Source: Mobula hypostoma (taxonomy: Eukaryota). Taken from it: a stretch of DNA of 64,000 bases. Position numbers and translations under genes: made by a program. This document shows, in pieces, positions 25,712 to 38,410 of the stretch (position 1 is its first letter; each line of letters starts with the position of its first letter). The notes below the pieces were generated by a model, which saw nothing but the letters and a program-made list of their open reading frames with translations, did not search any database and was not told the DNA's origin. Location: contig NC_086097.1 in assembly GCF_963921235.1 (NCBI RefSeq), positions 113,648,001 to 113,712,000 on the forward strand. Reading direction: 5' to 3'.

Positions 25712-28708
25712 TCAGATAAGTGGGTAACAGTCAGGAGAAGAAAGGGCAAGAGTCGGATGCTAGAGAGTATCCCTGTGGCTGTTCCCCTTAACAATAAGTA
25801 CTCCTGCTTGAGTACTGTTGGAAGGGACGGCCTACCTGGAGGAAGCAACAGTGGCTGCACCTCTGGCACAGAGTCTGGCCCTGTCGCTCAGAAGGGTAGG
25901 GAAAGGAAGAGATTGCAGCAGTGATAGGGGACTCTATAGTTAGGGGGTCAGACAGATGGTAGTTTGCCTCCCAGGAGCCAGGGCCCGGGATGTTTCTGAT
26001 TGTGTCCAAGATATCTTGAAGTGGGAAGGAGAACAGCTAGAGGTTGTGGTACATATTGGTACCAACGACGTAAGTAGGAAAATGGAGGAGGTCCTGAAAA
26101 CAGACGACAGGGAGTTAGGAAGGAAGTTGAGAAGCAGGACCATAAAGGTAATAATCTCGGGATTACTGTCTGTGCCACGTGACAGTGAGCATAGGAATAG
26201 AGTGAGGTGGAGGATAAATGCGTGGCTGAGGGATTGGAGCAGGAGGCAGGGATTCAGATTTCTGGATCAGTGGGACCATTTTTGGGGCAGGAGTGACCTG
26301 TACAAAAAGGATGGGTTGCACTTGAATCTCAGGGGGACCAATATCCTGGCAAGGAGGTTTGCTAAGGCTACTGGGGAGAGTTTAAACTAGAATTGACGGA
26401 GGGTGGCAACCAAATTGAAGAGTCGGAAGAGGAGGCGGTTGGCTCGCAAATAGAGAAAGCTTGGAGACAGTGTGTGAGGGAGGATAGGCAGGTGATAGAG
26501 AAGGGACGCACTCAGACCGATGGTTTGAAATGTGTCTATTTTAATGCAAGGAATATTATGAACAAAGTGGATGAGCTTACAGGGTGGATCAGTACTTGGA
26601 GCTATGATGTTGTGGCCATTACAGAGACTTAGGTGGCTCGGGCAGGAATAGTTACTTCGAGTGCCAGGCTTTAGATGTTTCAGAACGGACAGGGAGGGAG
26701 GCAAAAGAGATGGGGCGTGTGACACTGTTGATCAGAGATAATGTCACGGCTGCAGAAAAGGAGGAAGTCATGGAGGGATTGTCTACGGAGTCTCTGTGGG
26801 TGGAAGTTAGGAACAGGAAGGGGTCAATAACTCTACTAGGTGTTTATTATAGACCACCTATTAGTAACAGAAACATCGAGGAGCAGACAGAGAGACAGAT
26901 TCTTGAAAGGTGTAATAATAACAGGGCTGTTGTGGTGGGAGATTTTAATTTCCTAAATATCAATTGGCATCTCCCTAGAGTGAGGGGTTTAGCTGGAGTG
27001 GAGTTTGTTAGGTGTGTTCAAGAATGTTTCCTGACACAATATGTAGATAAGCCTACAAGAGGAGAGGCTGTACTTGATCTGATATTGGGAAATGAACCTG
27101 GTCAGGTGTCAGATCTCTCAGTGGAAGAGCATTTTGGAGATAGTGATCACAATTCTATCTGCTTTACCACAACATTGGGGAAGGATAGGAACAGACAAGT
27201 TAGGAAAGCGTTTAATTCGAGTAAGGAGAAATACTGTATGAGGCTATCAGGCAGGAACTTGGAAGCATAAATTGGGAACAGATGTTCTCAGGGAAATGTA
27301 CGGAAGAAATGTGGCAAATATTCAGGGGATATTTGAGTGGTGTTCTGCATAGGTACGTTCTAATTAGACGGGAAGGATGGTAGGGTACAGGAATCGTGGT
27401 GTACAAAGGCTGTTGTGAATCTGGTCAAGAAGAAAAGAAAAACTTACGAAAGGTTCAAAAAACAGGGTAATGACAGAGATCTAGAAGATTATAAGGCTAG
27501 CAGGAAGGAGCTTAAGAATGAAATTAGGAGAGCCAGAAGGGACCATGAGAAGGCCTTGGTGGACAGGATTAAGGAAAACCCCAAGACATTCTACAAGTGT
27601 GTGCAGAGGAAGAGGATGAGACGTGAGACTACAGGACTAATCAAATGTGACAGTGGAAAAGTGTACTTTGAACTGGAGGAGATAGCAGATGTACTTAATG
27701 AATACTTTGCTTCAGTATTTACTGCGGAAAAGGATCTTGGTGATTGTAGGGATGACTTACAGCAGATTGAAAAGCTTGAGTGTATAGACATCAAGAAAGA
27801 GGATATTCTGGAGTTCTGGAGACCATCAAGTTGGATCAGTCTCTGGGACCGGACAAGATGTACCCCAAGCTACTGTGGGAAATGAGGGAGGAGATTGCTG
27901 AGCCTCTGGCAATTATCTTTGCATCATCAATGGGGACGGGAGAAGTTCCAGAGGATTGAAGGGTTGCAGATGTTGTTTCTTTATTCAAGAAAAGGAGTAG
28001 AGATACCCCAGGAAATTATAGACCAGTGAATCTTACTTCAGTGGATGGTAAGATGATGGAAAAGATCCTGAGAGGCAGGATTTATGAACATTTGGAAAGG
28101 CATAATATAATTAGGATTAGTCAGTATGGATTTGTCAAAGGCAGGTCGTGCCTTACGAGCCTGATTGAATTTTTTGAGGATGTGACTAAACACATTGATG
28201 AAGGTAGAGCCGTAGATGTAGTGTATATGGATTTCAGCAAGGCACTTGATAAGTTACCCCATGTAAAGCTTATTGAGAAAGTAAGGAGGCATGGTATCCA
28301 AGGGGACATTGCTTTGTGGATCCAGAACTGGCTTGCCCACAGAAGGCAAAGAGTGGTTGTAGACAGGTCATATTCTGCATGGAGGTTGGTGACCAGTGGT
28401 GTGCCTCAGGGATCTTTCTGGGACCCCTACTCTTCGTGATTTTTATAAATGACCTGGATGAGGAAGTGGAGGGATGCGTTAGTAAATTTGCTGATGACAC
28501 AAAGGTTGAGGATGTTGCGGAAAGTGTGGAGGACTGTCGGAGGTTACAGCAGGACATTGATAGGATGCAAAACTGGGCTGAGAAGTGGCAGATGGAGTTC
28601 AACCTAGATAACACTAGGTAATTTCTAAGGTAAGAACATGTTCGGTATAGCTTTGCGGGCCAAAGGGCCTGTATTGTGTTGTAGATTTTCTATGTTTCTA
28701 TGTTTCTC
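25712..28708 (+). mobile_element. Near-full-length CR1 (ORF1 esterase, EN, RT) with a deletion near the 3' end; 7-bp TSD
   Basis: HIGTND/DGLHLN ORF1 (25956-26390), EN (YFNARN, VVVGDFN, GDSDHN), RT ([20 protein letters not shown]); tgctttc at 25705-25711 and 28709-28715. Confidence 0.94.
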
Positions 28709-29000
28709 TGCTTTCAATTTTTCAGTTGTGCCTCCAGCTCTACTTGCGGTTTAGTAGATATTGAATCTCCATTTGAAGCGTTCTGTGTTACCAGTTAGAT
28801 TGCTGGTAGAGTGCATAGGTGTAGGAGGACTCAGGTTATCCAGAATAGGGGTTTTCGCCATTCATCACCTTACTCTCTGGTGAACAACTGCAACTTCAGG
28901 ATACAACTTGCTATCTCTGTCAGAACTTAGCGTCTCTTTCTTAATCGCTCGCAGTACATTTACTCTCCGTGTTTAGTCCTCACACGGACTTCTGACACTC

Positions 29001-29202
29001 TGTTATGTTTGTTCTTCATAAAAGACAAAGTTAACATGAGTAAAGCTAACACATATTTCTTTAGAGCTTCATATGGGCATGTGCAACCAGCTCATGTCTT
29101 CAGCTTGACCGGAGTGCATGCAAACAGCAACTCTATGTCACCATTCTGGGGCGAACAGCTCGCATTGCACACAGGGATCTGCAGTTCACACATAATAACA
29201 CA
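29001..29202 (-). repeat. 5' LTR of the Gypsy element
   Basis: TG...CA termini, adjacent PBS-like sequence, homologous to 24108-24327. Confidence 0.8.
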
Positions 29203-29478
29203 GTCTTTTGTTACTGGCAGGAAATTTCTGTCATTTAGATTTCTGGTGTTTGTTCTAGTGAAGCAACTTGTCACCTCCTATATATTATTGTCATGTGCAA
29301 TGGGCTATGGTTCCATGAGAAAGCGGTTTTAGTCTGTGGGCATCAGCCCTTACTAGACTTCAAGACCTTGAATCTGTGTCCTGTCTAAGATTTTAGAATT
29401 AAAAATTCTGAAACACTGTTTTTGAAGTCTGAGAGCCACACAAGGAATATTTTCCATGCCCTTCTTTATTTCTAACAG

Positions 29479-29658
29479 AAGTGCAGAATGTGGCTTCATG
29501 GACATGAACGCACTAATTGGTCCCTGGCTATTTCACGTGTTGACGATCTGCTGCAGATTCCTGCCACAATCTCCATTAATTCCTATAATAAGAACAGAGG
29601 CAAATATTATAAACGGAGAAGAGTTGTTGGAACAGGGACTAATAGTGTACATGGAAAG
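29479..29658 (+). other. Candidate 180-nt exon (unverified)
   Basis: cccttctttatttctaacAG acceptor, AAG|GTTTGG donor, length divisible by 3, two frames open, no repeat similarity noticed. Confidence 0.3.
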
Positions 29659-29737
29659 GTTTGGCTTTTGTGGTTTGACAACTGGAAATAACAGAGACTA
29701 AAACTTCATAGAAAATATTTAGAACATCTAATCTAAT

Positions 29738-30002
29738 ACGTGGCGGTTAGCACAATCACTTTAGAACACCAGCAATCACCATTTGGGGTTCAATTCCAAC
29801 CACTGTCTGTTAGGAGTTTGTATGCTTTCCCTGTGACTACATGGATTTCTTCTGGCTGGTCCAAATAGGTACAGCTAGTAAGTTGTGGACATGCTATATT
29901 GCTGGTGGAAGCATAGTGACATTAGTGTGCTGCCCCCTCTGATATGATTTGATCTGATACAACACATTGTATTGTGCTGGATGTTTCAATATACCTATGT
30001 GC
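29738..30002 (+). mobile_element. V-SINE (degraded)
   Basis: ggcggttagcacaatcacttt head; ggagtttgtatgctttccctgtgac core. Confidence 0.65.
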
Positions 30003-30296
30003 CGATTTAAGATGGCATAGGTGAGACACAGTGATGCCTTACCAGCAGCAAACAAATCTACTAACTAATCTACAAACGTATTAATCACACTTTTTCTGGA
30101 TAATGATCACTGCAATCAATAGTTTGTAACTTCCTTTTTGCAGTTGCGCATTGGAACTGCCTGGATGACCTGGCATTTTTGTGGTGCTTCAGGGGATTCG
30201 ATAAGTTGGAGTCTTGAAGGAGCAGTACTGTTGTAGAAGTGTGGCAGGTACTGGCTGAATCAAGGTGGCCATGCTCAGGCCTGAGAGCCAGTGTTT

Positions 30297-31996
30297 AGAA
30301 ACATAGAAACATAGAAAGCCTACAGCACAATACAAGCCCTTCAGCTCACAATGCCGTGCAGAACATGTACTTACTTTAGAAATTACCTCGGGTTACGCAA
30401 AGCCCTCTATTTTTCTAAGCTCTATGTACATATCCAGGAGTCTCTTAAAAGACCCTATCGTTTCCGCCTCCACCACCGCCGCCGGCAGCCCATTCCACAC
30501 ACTCACTACTCCCTGCATAAAAAACTTACCCCTGACACCTCCTCTGTGCCTGCTTCCAAGCACCTTAAAACTATGCCTTCTCGTGCTAGCCATTTCAGCC
30601 CTGGGAAAAAGCCTCTGACTATCCACACTATCAAGGCCCCTCATCATCTTATACACCTCTATCAGGCCACCTCTCATCCTCCGTCACTCCAAGGAGAAAA
30701 GGCCGAGTTCACTCAAATTATTCTCATAAGGCATGCTCCTCAATCCAGGCAACATCCTTGTAAATCTCCTCTGCACCCTTTCTATAGTTTCCACATCCTT
30801 CCTGTAGTGAGGTAAAAAGAACTGAGCACAGTACTCCAAGTGGGATCTGACCAGGGTCCTATATAGCTGTAACATTACCTCTCGGCTCCTAAAATCACTC
30901 CCATGATTGATGAAGGCCAATGCACCATATGCTTTCCTAACCACAGAGTTAACCTGCGTAGCAGCCTTGAGTGTCCTATGGACTTGGACCCCAAGATCCC
31001 TCTGATCCTCCACACTGCCAAGAGTCTTACCATTAATACTATATCCTGCCATCACATTTGACCTACCAAAATGACCCACCTCACACTTACCTGGGTTGAA
31101 CTCTATCTGTCACTTAGCCCAGTTTTGCATCCTATCAAAGTCCTACTGTAACCTCTGACAGCCCTCCATGCTATCCACAACACCCCCAACCTTTGTGTCA
31201 TCAGCAAATTTACTAACCCATCCTTCTACTTCCTTATCCAGGTCATTTATAAAAATCATGAAGAGAAGGGGTCCCAGACCAGATCCCTGAGGCACACCAC
31301 TTGTCACCGATCTCCATGCAGAATATGACCTGTCTACAACCACTCTTTGCCTTCTGTGAGCAAGCCAATTCTGGATCCACAAAGAAATGTCCCCTTGGAT
31401 ACCATGTTTCCTTACTTTTTTAGGAAGCTTTGCATAGGTTACCTTATCAAGTGCCTTGCTGAAATCCATATACGCTACATCTACGGCTCTACCTTCATCA
31501 GTGTGTTTAGTCCCATCCTCAAAAAATTCAGTCAGGCTCGTAAGGCACGACCTGCCTTTGACAAAGCCATACTGGCTAATCCTAATTATATTATGCCTCT
31601 CCAAACGTTCATAAGTCCTGCCTCTCAGGATCTTTTCCATCAACTTACCATCCACTGAGGTAAAACTCAATGGTCTATAATTTCCTGGGGTATCTCTACT
31701 CCCTTTCTTGAATAAGGGAACAACATCTGGAACCCTCCAATGCTCTGGAACTTCTCCCGTCCCCATTAATGATGCAAAGATAATTGCCAGAGGCTCAGCA
31801 ATCTCTTCCCTCATTTCCCACAGTAGCCTGGGGTACATCTTGTCCGGTCCCAGAGACTGATCCAACTTGATGGTTTCCAAAACTCCAGCACATCCTCTTT
31901 CTTGATGTCTATACGCTCAAGCTTTTCAATCTGCTGTAAGTCATCCCTACAATTGCCAAGATCCTTTTCCATAGTAAATACTGAAGCAAAGTATTG
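30297..31996 (-). mobile_element. CR1 RT and 3' end, inverted relative to the 25712-28708 copy
   Basis: ORFs 31143-31880, 30684-31079, 30393-30677; (catagaaa)n tail at 30297-30317. Confidence 0.94.
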
Positions 31997-31999
31997 GCA

Positions 32000-32390
32000 A
32001 AGTTTGGCCAATGAAAAGCGCAGGGCCAAGTTGTTTCGGTCGGGGTGTCAGGGCTGTTGGTGAGGGACAGGCCGGTGTTCAGTTTGCAGCTCCACAAAGT
32101 TTACCTGCCTAATGCTGGACGGAGGCTGTGGCCTGCAACTAACGGGCTCCTAGACTGGCTGTAATGATGAACTAGTTATGTGGCTGTGGACTCAGTTTCC
32201 TAAACTTTAGTTATTAGTTTACTTTTTATTGTTTGTGCAATTTGTTCTTTTTTGTCACACATTGGATCTTTGATGGTCTTTTTTATGTGCTCTGTTCGGT
32301 TTCTTTGTTTTTGTGGCTGCCTTTAAGAAGACGAACTCCAAGGCTGTATATAGTATACATACTTTAATAATAAATACACTTTGAACATGT
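32000..32390 (+). repeat. Non-autonomous element with a Rex-type 3' tail
   Basis: Ends aagaagacgaactccaaggctgtatatagtatacatactttaataataaatacactttgaac; similar to 38900-39240. Confidence 0.55.
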
Positions 32391-33449
32391 GACAAATAAC
32401 ATTAATCTATCCTAAATTTCTCAATCTATGAAAATTATGCACAGCTTCAATGACCATTACAATTGGTTTCCATGGATTTTCTTATGTTAAAAATACACAA
32501 ATGTAATGAAATACACACAAGGCCAGGCTGCTCAAAAGCAGGGTGGTCTGGGTTTGGCAGGGAATGTATTTTATGCTGCTCGACATTATCGGTCTGTTAG
32601 CTAACAAGCCTTTCACTGGGCAACCAAATTTAATATCTTCTTCTCCAGAGTTTTCAAATTGGTAACTTGGTGTAGATGGCATGTTATTTGTAGACTATCA
32701 AAGAATTAAGCCTAGGCAGGCTTAAGTAATGTAATTAGTCAATTTTAGACACTGATTGCCATAGTTTTATGACATTGGTAAATAGACAACAGCTGCTGTT
32801 GGGCTAACAAAATGATGGCCCTGTGAATTTCTAGATGCAGGCTGCTGTGTTCATTAACGGTCTGTAAAATGCATCAAATTCCTACCACAGTAGGCAGATT
32901 ATAGGACATAAATTGCCAACATTGAAATTTGGATTTATGGAACATTAAATCTGGGAAACAATCCAATCCTGAAAAACTTAGTCCATTACCAAATAAAACA
33001 AGTTCCCAGGTCACTTTAGATTGGGAATATGCATGGCAGCCATTGTTATCTCTCAAGTACTTTAAGTATTATGCCTTTTACATCAATTTTAATGGGCAAA
33101 GAGCATTTCTGAAAAGCAAAACCATAAATATTCAATTCTTTAAAGGTGGTTAAATATCAAAAGATTACTTGGATTTATAAATCAAAGATTTGAATCTCAG
33201 GACACAATTATCATAATATTAGTTTATAAGTGTTTGATTAGAAATTAGTTATAAATAAGGCAGGGCAACGTGATTTGCTAAGGACATGAAGTATTACAAA
33301 TAAATTAGCAAGGGCAAGATTGGTAGATTTTGTTCTCCTACTGCATCTCTCACACCTGTCACAGGTAGATATCATAGAGGTCTTGGTTTATGTGACAAAA
33401 TTAAGCTCGTTGATAGACTCTGAAGTTCCCATTTAGAAAACAATTTGTC

Positions 33450-33782
33450 CCATGATATGCCTCCTTTCCATCCATGGTCCACTCTATTCTCCTATCAGAT
33501 TCCTTCTTCTTCAGCCCTTTACATTTTCCACCTACCAGCTTCTCACTTCATCCCCCTCCAACCACCTGGATTCACCCATCACTTTCTAGGTTGTACTCCT
33601 TCCCCTCCTCTCCACTGTCTTACTCTGTCTTCTTTTCCCTTCCTTTCCTGTCTTGATGAGGGGTCTTGGCCCAAAATGTTAACTGATTATTCCCTTTCAT
33701 AGCTGCTGCCTAACCTGCTGAATTCCTCCAGTATTCTGTGTGTGTCACTCTGGATTTTCAGCATCTGCAGAATCTCTTGGTA
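33450..33782 (+). mobile_element. Penelope-like 3' fragment
   Basis: Pyrimidine-rich segment, degenerate hammerhead ~33650-33685, cagcatctgcagaatctcttg end. Confidence 0.75.
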
Positions 33783-33859
33783 TATTTTTTGAACTATGTT
33801 TTAAAATAATCAATTATTTTAAGGAGGAAAGATCCAAGATTCAAGATTGTTTAATGCCA

Positions 33860-34640
33860 TTTCAGGCAGGTTTGCTGGAGCTGTTAGGAAGGGTTTATAC
33901 TAAGTTGTCAGGGGTATGGGAACCAAAGTGGTAGGGCTGAGGATGGGGCAGTTGGTAGACAAGTCGATGCAGTGTGTAGTGAGACAGCAAGGAAAGGCAG
34001 GCAGATGATAGGGCAGAATTACAATCAGTGGGATGTAGTGAGCTGTAATATGGGGGCAAAATTGAAAAGGGTGATGAATACAGGACGGAAGGTGTTATAT
34101 TTGAATATTTGGTATAAGGTAGATGATCTTGTAGCAGAGTTGGAGATTGGCAGGTATGACATTGTGGACATCACTGAGATGTGGCTGAATGAAAATCATA
34201 GTAGGGAACTTGCCATCCAAGGACAGGCAGGCAGGCAGAGGGGGTGGGGTGGCAGTTTGGTAAAAAATCAAATCAAATCCTTAGAAAGAGGTGACATAGG
34301 ATTAGAAGATGTAGAATTCTTGTGGGTAGAATTAAGAAACTGAAAGGGTAAAAAGACCATGATGTGAGTTCTATTTAGGCCTCCAAACAGTAGCCAGGAT
34401 GTGGGATATAAATTTCAATGGGAAATAGGAAAGTATGTAATAAAAGAAATGTTATGGGGACATTTCAATATGCAGGTAGATTGGGAAAATTATAAGGGTG
34501 CTGGATCCCAAGAGAAGGAATTTGTAGAATACCTACAAGATGACCTTTTGAAGCAGCTTGAGGTTGAGCCCAGTATGGGAAAGGCAATTCTGGATTGGGT
34601 GTTGCATAAAGCACCAGATTTGATTAGGGAGCTTAGTGAA
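33860..34640 (+). mobile_element. CR1 ORF1-end/endonuclease fragment
   Basis: KVLYLN..KVDDLVAELEIGRYDIVDITEMWL; EFLWVELRN. Confidence 0.85.
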
Positions 34641-35563
34641 TCATTGACTTGTTTCTGTCTCTGCAGATGCTGCCTGCCCTGCTGAATATTTTCAGTACTT
34701 TCAGTTTTTATTTCAGCATCTTTTTTTATAGTTTTCCAAAATTACCATTGTTGGGATTGCGTACTGTTGCATTCTTGTGTACAGCCTGTAAAAATAACCT
34801 GAAATCTGCAGTCAGTATGAAAGAGACGTAACTCATTATTGATCCTAACATTTACCTACAATCTTTTCTGTTGGTTGACTTCTGGCATAATTGAACAGTG
34901 ACTTGTATCCAGCAAATAAGATGCTTTCAAGTGCCTGAGAAGACTTTCTCCAGAAACAAACCAAGCTGTTAATTTTAAACACATGACTTTTAAGTTAATA
35001 TTTTAATCATTTTACAGTGTGGAAAATAGATGGGACATGTCCATAAGGGTAATGTGGAAGATTAAATATTATTCATGTAGGTCCCAAGCATAAAAAGAGG
35101 TTAATATTTTTACTACTAAAGTTTTATATTTTGAAATGCATTCAACTGGGAGTGGAATCCAGTGTGGCCTTCTGCTGCTAATAACTAAATAACTAAATTA
35201 TCTTAGTAATAAACTTAAAGGCAGCTCAAAATAGGTCAAGACAAAGTACTCAGTGATTGCATATGCAAATTAGTGCAACAAGTCCCATATAAAGAAAATG
35301 CACTAAACAAAACGAAAATAGATTACAAAAATACATAAGGCACCTCTTGCTGTACATGATAGGATCTTATCAACGATTCTATGCTTTTCTATCACAAACA
35401 GGCAGTGATGATGAAACTTTAATGCTTAGTTTTATTTATCTTAATAATATTATTGTGAAAAAATATGGGAGGCAATTATTCTTAGAAGCCTTATTTTCAA
35501 TATTAGAAACTGACGAAATGATTTCCTACCATGTGTAGAACAATCTAAGTGCATCAACATATA

Positions 35564-36102
35564 GACTCAGTGGCCGCATTAAGTACCTCCAGTACCTAAT
35601 AATATGTTTGCGGTTTTTTGTGCTCATGTTTGCACTTAAAAGTTTGATGTATTGTGTGTTCAGAGATGCTCTCCTGCACACCAATGTTGTAATACGTGGT
35701 TACTTAAGTTACTGTTGCCTTCCTGTCAGCTTGAACCTGTCTCACCATTCTCCTCTGACCCCTCTCACTAACAAAGCATTTTTGCCCAAAGAACTGATGC
35801 TCACTGGATTTTTTTGTTTGGCTTTTCACACTATTCTCTGTAAACCTTAGAGACTACTGTGTGTGAAAATCCCTGGAGGTAAACAGTTTCTGAGATATCT
35901 CAAACCACCACGACTGACATCAACAATCATTCCATAATCAAATTTACTTGGATCATATTTCTTCCCCATTCTGATGATCGGTCTGAATAACCGAACGTTT
36001 GATCATGTCTGCATGCTTTCATGCTTCAAATTACTGTCACATGATCGGCTGATTAGATACGAGCAGGTGTACAGGTGCACCTAATAAGGTGCCTGCTGAG
36101 TG
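35564..36102 (+). mobile_element. Tc1-like MITE
   Basis: ta|gactcagtggcc...cctaataaggtgcctgctgagtg|ta. Confidence 0.8.
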
Positions 36103-38109
36103 TATAAGTCATTGATGAAGTTGTACTTGGTGTATTATGTACAGTTTTGGTATCCCTGTTTTGGTAAAGCTGTTATCTCAGTTTTGGCATCACCTTTTAA
36201 AGATGTCCTCAATGATAGTGCCCATGATGGAGCTGGATGAGTTTACAACCCTCTGTGTAGTTTACTTGTTTTCTCTGTGATAGTGTGGGTTTTCTTTCAT
36301 GTCCCAAGGATGTACAGCTTGAAAAGTTAAATCAATGAGAGAATTATCCTTTGTGTATAGTCGGTGTGGTGAAGTGAATGGGAATTGATGGGTATGTGGG
36401 GACCCACATCCCAAGCACCAATATGTCATAATTTCCTGTCAGTCACTTGATGTACAGACACTCCTGTGCCTAGCATCACTTTATAGACATACAATCTACC
36501 TATGTCTACAAGCTAACTTAGGTATTTATATCCATTGTGTTTTTTAAAATTTTATGCTGTTTTGTTTTGTGCTGCATCGGATCTGAAGTAACAATGGTTT
36601 TATTCTCCTTTACACTTGTGTTTTGGAAATGATATTAAACAAATTTGAATCGTGAATAAAATGCATTAGGATAGGATTAGTGTAAATAGGTGTTTGATGG
36701 TCTGCATGGATTTGGTGCATCAAATAGTTTGTTTTGCGTGCTGCAATCTCTGTATCAGTTGAAAGGATTACTGAAATTAGTAAAGAAGATTCAGGGCCCA
36801 AATAAGAGCAGTGTAAGGTTAGCCAGGATTATGAAAATGACTTGTTTCAACCCGGGTCATTAGCTATCATTGAATTTAGCTGGTTACTGGATGAAAAGAG
36901 ACTCATTTTTGTGAAAATTTATTGTATCACTCAGCATATCAATATGAAACACTTCTAATCTCAAAGACACATTCTCAGATTGTTGTAATAAATGCATGGA
37001 AAGAGTATATTCGAAGAGAATCCAACAGATACTCTTTGATATTGCTTCAATATTTTCAATATTAGTTTATTACTTTCAATCTTTAATACTCAGCAGATCA
37101 GACTTTGACTTCCACTACTTTTATATCAGATTAACCCTAGAGGAGTCATGCTCCGTCATTGAGATTTATGCGCACACTCACCACAGGTACAACTGTAAGT
37201 ATGATAGTTGTTGAAACATTGGCGAGACATGTTGCCTCACAAATACTCCTGAAATACAATTACTTTTTTATAATGAGTACACACAATATGCGCATCAGCA
37301 TGATCGCAAACGGATATACACGTAAACACAATGCACAGGATGGGGTGTGCATGATGGTTTTATAGCCTTTCTAAAATCTGCTCTGCCATGCAGCATCTGC
37401 CCTGCCTAAGCATGCCAAGGCATGCTCGGACAAGACTGAAAACTTTTCATCTTACATTGTGGGCAACATTTCAATTGACTTGAATTATGACTTGAAATAT
37501 CAAGTATAGGCAATTACAAAAAAAAGTGCGTGATAGACAAGTTTCATGGTGATTTTCATGAACTTCAGCCCAAAATCAATAAGATTCACCCAAAAGAACT
37601 CAGGAAGCAAAATCTTTGTTGTCCAGTGTAATCAGTTGAAATTGAGTTACATAATGAAACAAATTAGTTAAAGAAATTCAGCTGCTCATTAAAATGCTTT
37701 AAATTAATTAAAAATATAAAAAAGTGAAAATAAAATCTAAAATTACCTTTATAATTAAGGCCAGCAGCCCCTTCAGTGATGAGTCGAGGTTGAAGTGAGA
37801 GGTCAGATGCAGCTGAGCCTGACCTTTACAGGACAGGACAAGTAAAATGAAATGATTAATGGTGGGCTGCCATATTACAATTAAAAGCATGTTGTGATGA
37901 GATCTTAAGAACATGTGAACAGGTGAAACATGTGGTCCTTAGGATTACAGTGTTTGATTATATGCACGGAGTAAATTTAGAATAAAGAGACTGGTTGTGT
38001 GATTTGAGGATGCATTGGTAAGATCTATTCAGTGCATTTTGTCACAATGAAGTTTCTGCAGGCTTTTGCAACAATATGAAAACTATATATCATGCCAGCC
38101 TATTGTAAA

Positions 38110-38410
38110 TTCTCTGCCCCTCCCTTCCTTTCTCCCGATGTCCACTGTTCTCTCCTAAATGGTTCCTTCTTCTTCAGCCCTTTTCCTCTTCCACCTATCA
38201 CCTCCCAGCTTCTTACCTTATCCCCCTGTTCCACCCACTCGTCTTCTCATCCAGCTTGTTTTCATTCTCGTCTCCTCACCTTATTTAGCTTCTTTTCCCG
38301 TCCTTTCCAGTGCTGATGAGACACTGACTATTTATTCCTCTCCACAGTGCTGCCTGACTTGCTGAGTGTGTAGCACTGGATTTCCAGGATCTGCAGAATT
38401 TCTGATGTCT
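38110..38410 (+). mobile_element. Penelope-like 3' fragment
   Basis: Same organisation as 33450-33782; hammerhead partly deleted. Confidence 0.7.

Larger units (their letters stand above)
24108..29202 (-). mobile_element. Gypsy provirus with both LTRs, a pol deletion and a nested CR1
   Basis: 5'LTR 29001-29202, PBS-like (g)tgtcagaagt 28988-29000, gag 28830 to 28716 continuing at 25711, protease (LKLGTKAQVNLL), RT start, PPT aaagagggagga, 3'LTR 24108-24327; flanks ttctt/gtctt. Confidence 0.85.

Noticed and set aside
25712..28708. Active autonomous LINE
   Set aside because: 5' truncated, several stops and frameshifts, 3' RT deletion at ~28615
34856..34934. Possible 79-nt minus-strand exon (ALESILFAGYKSLFNYARSQPTEKIV)
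   Set aside because: Short, weak acceptor, unrecognised peptide; expected by chance
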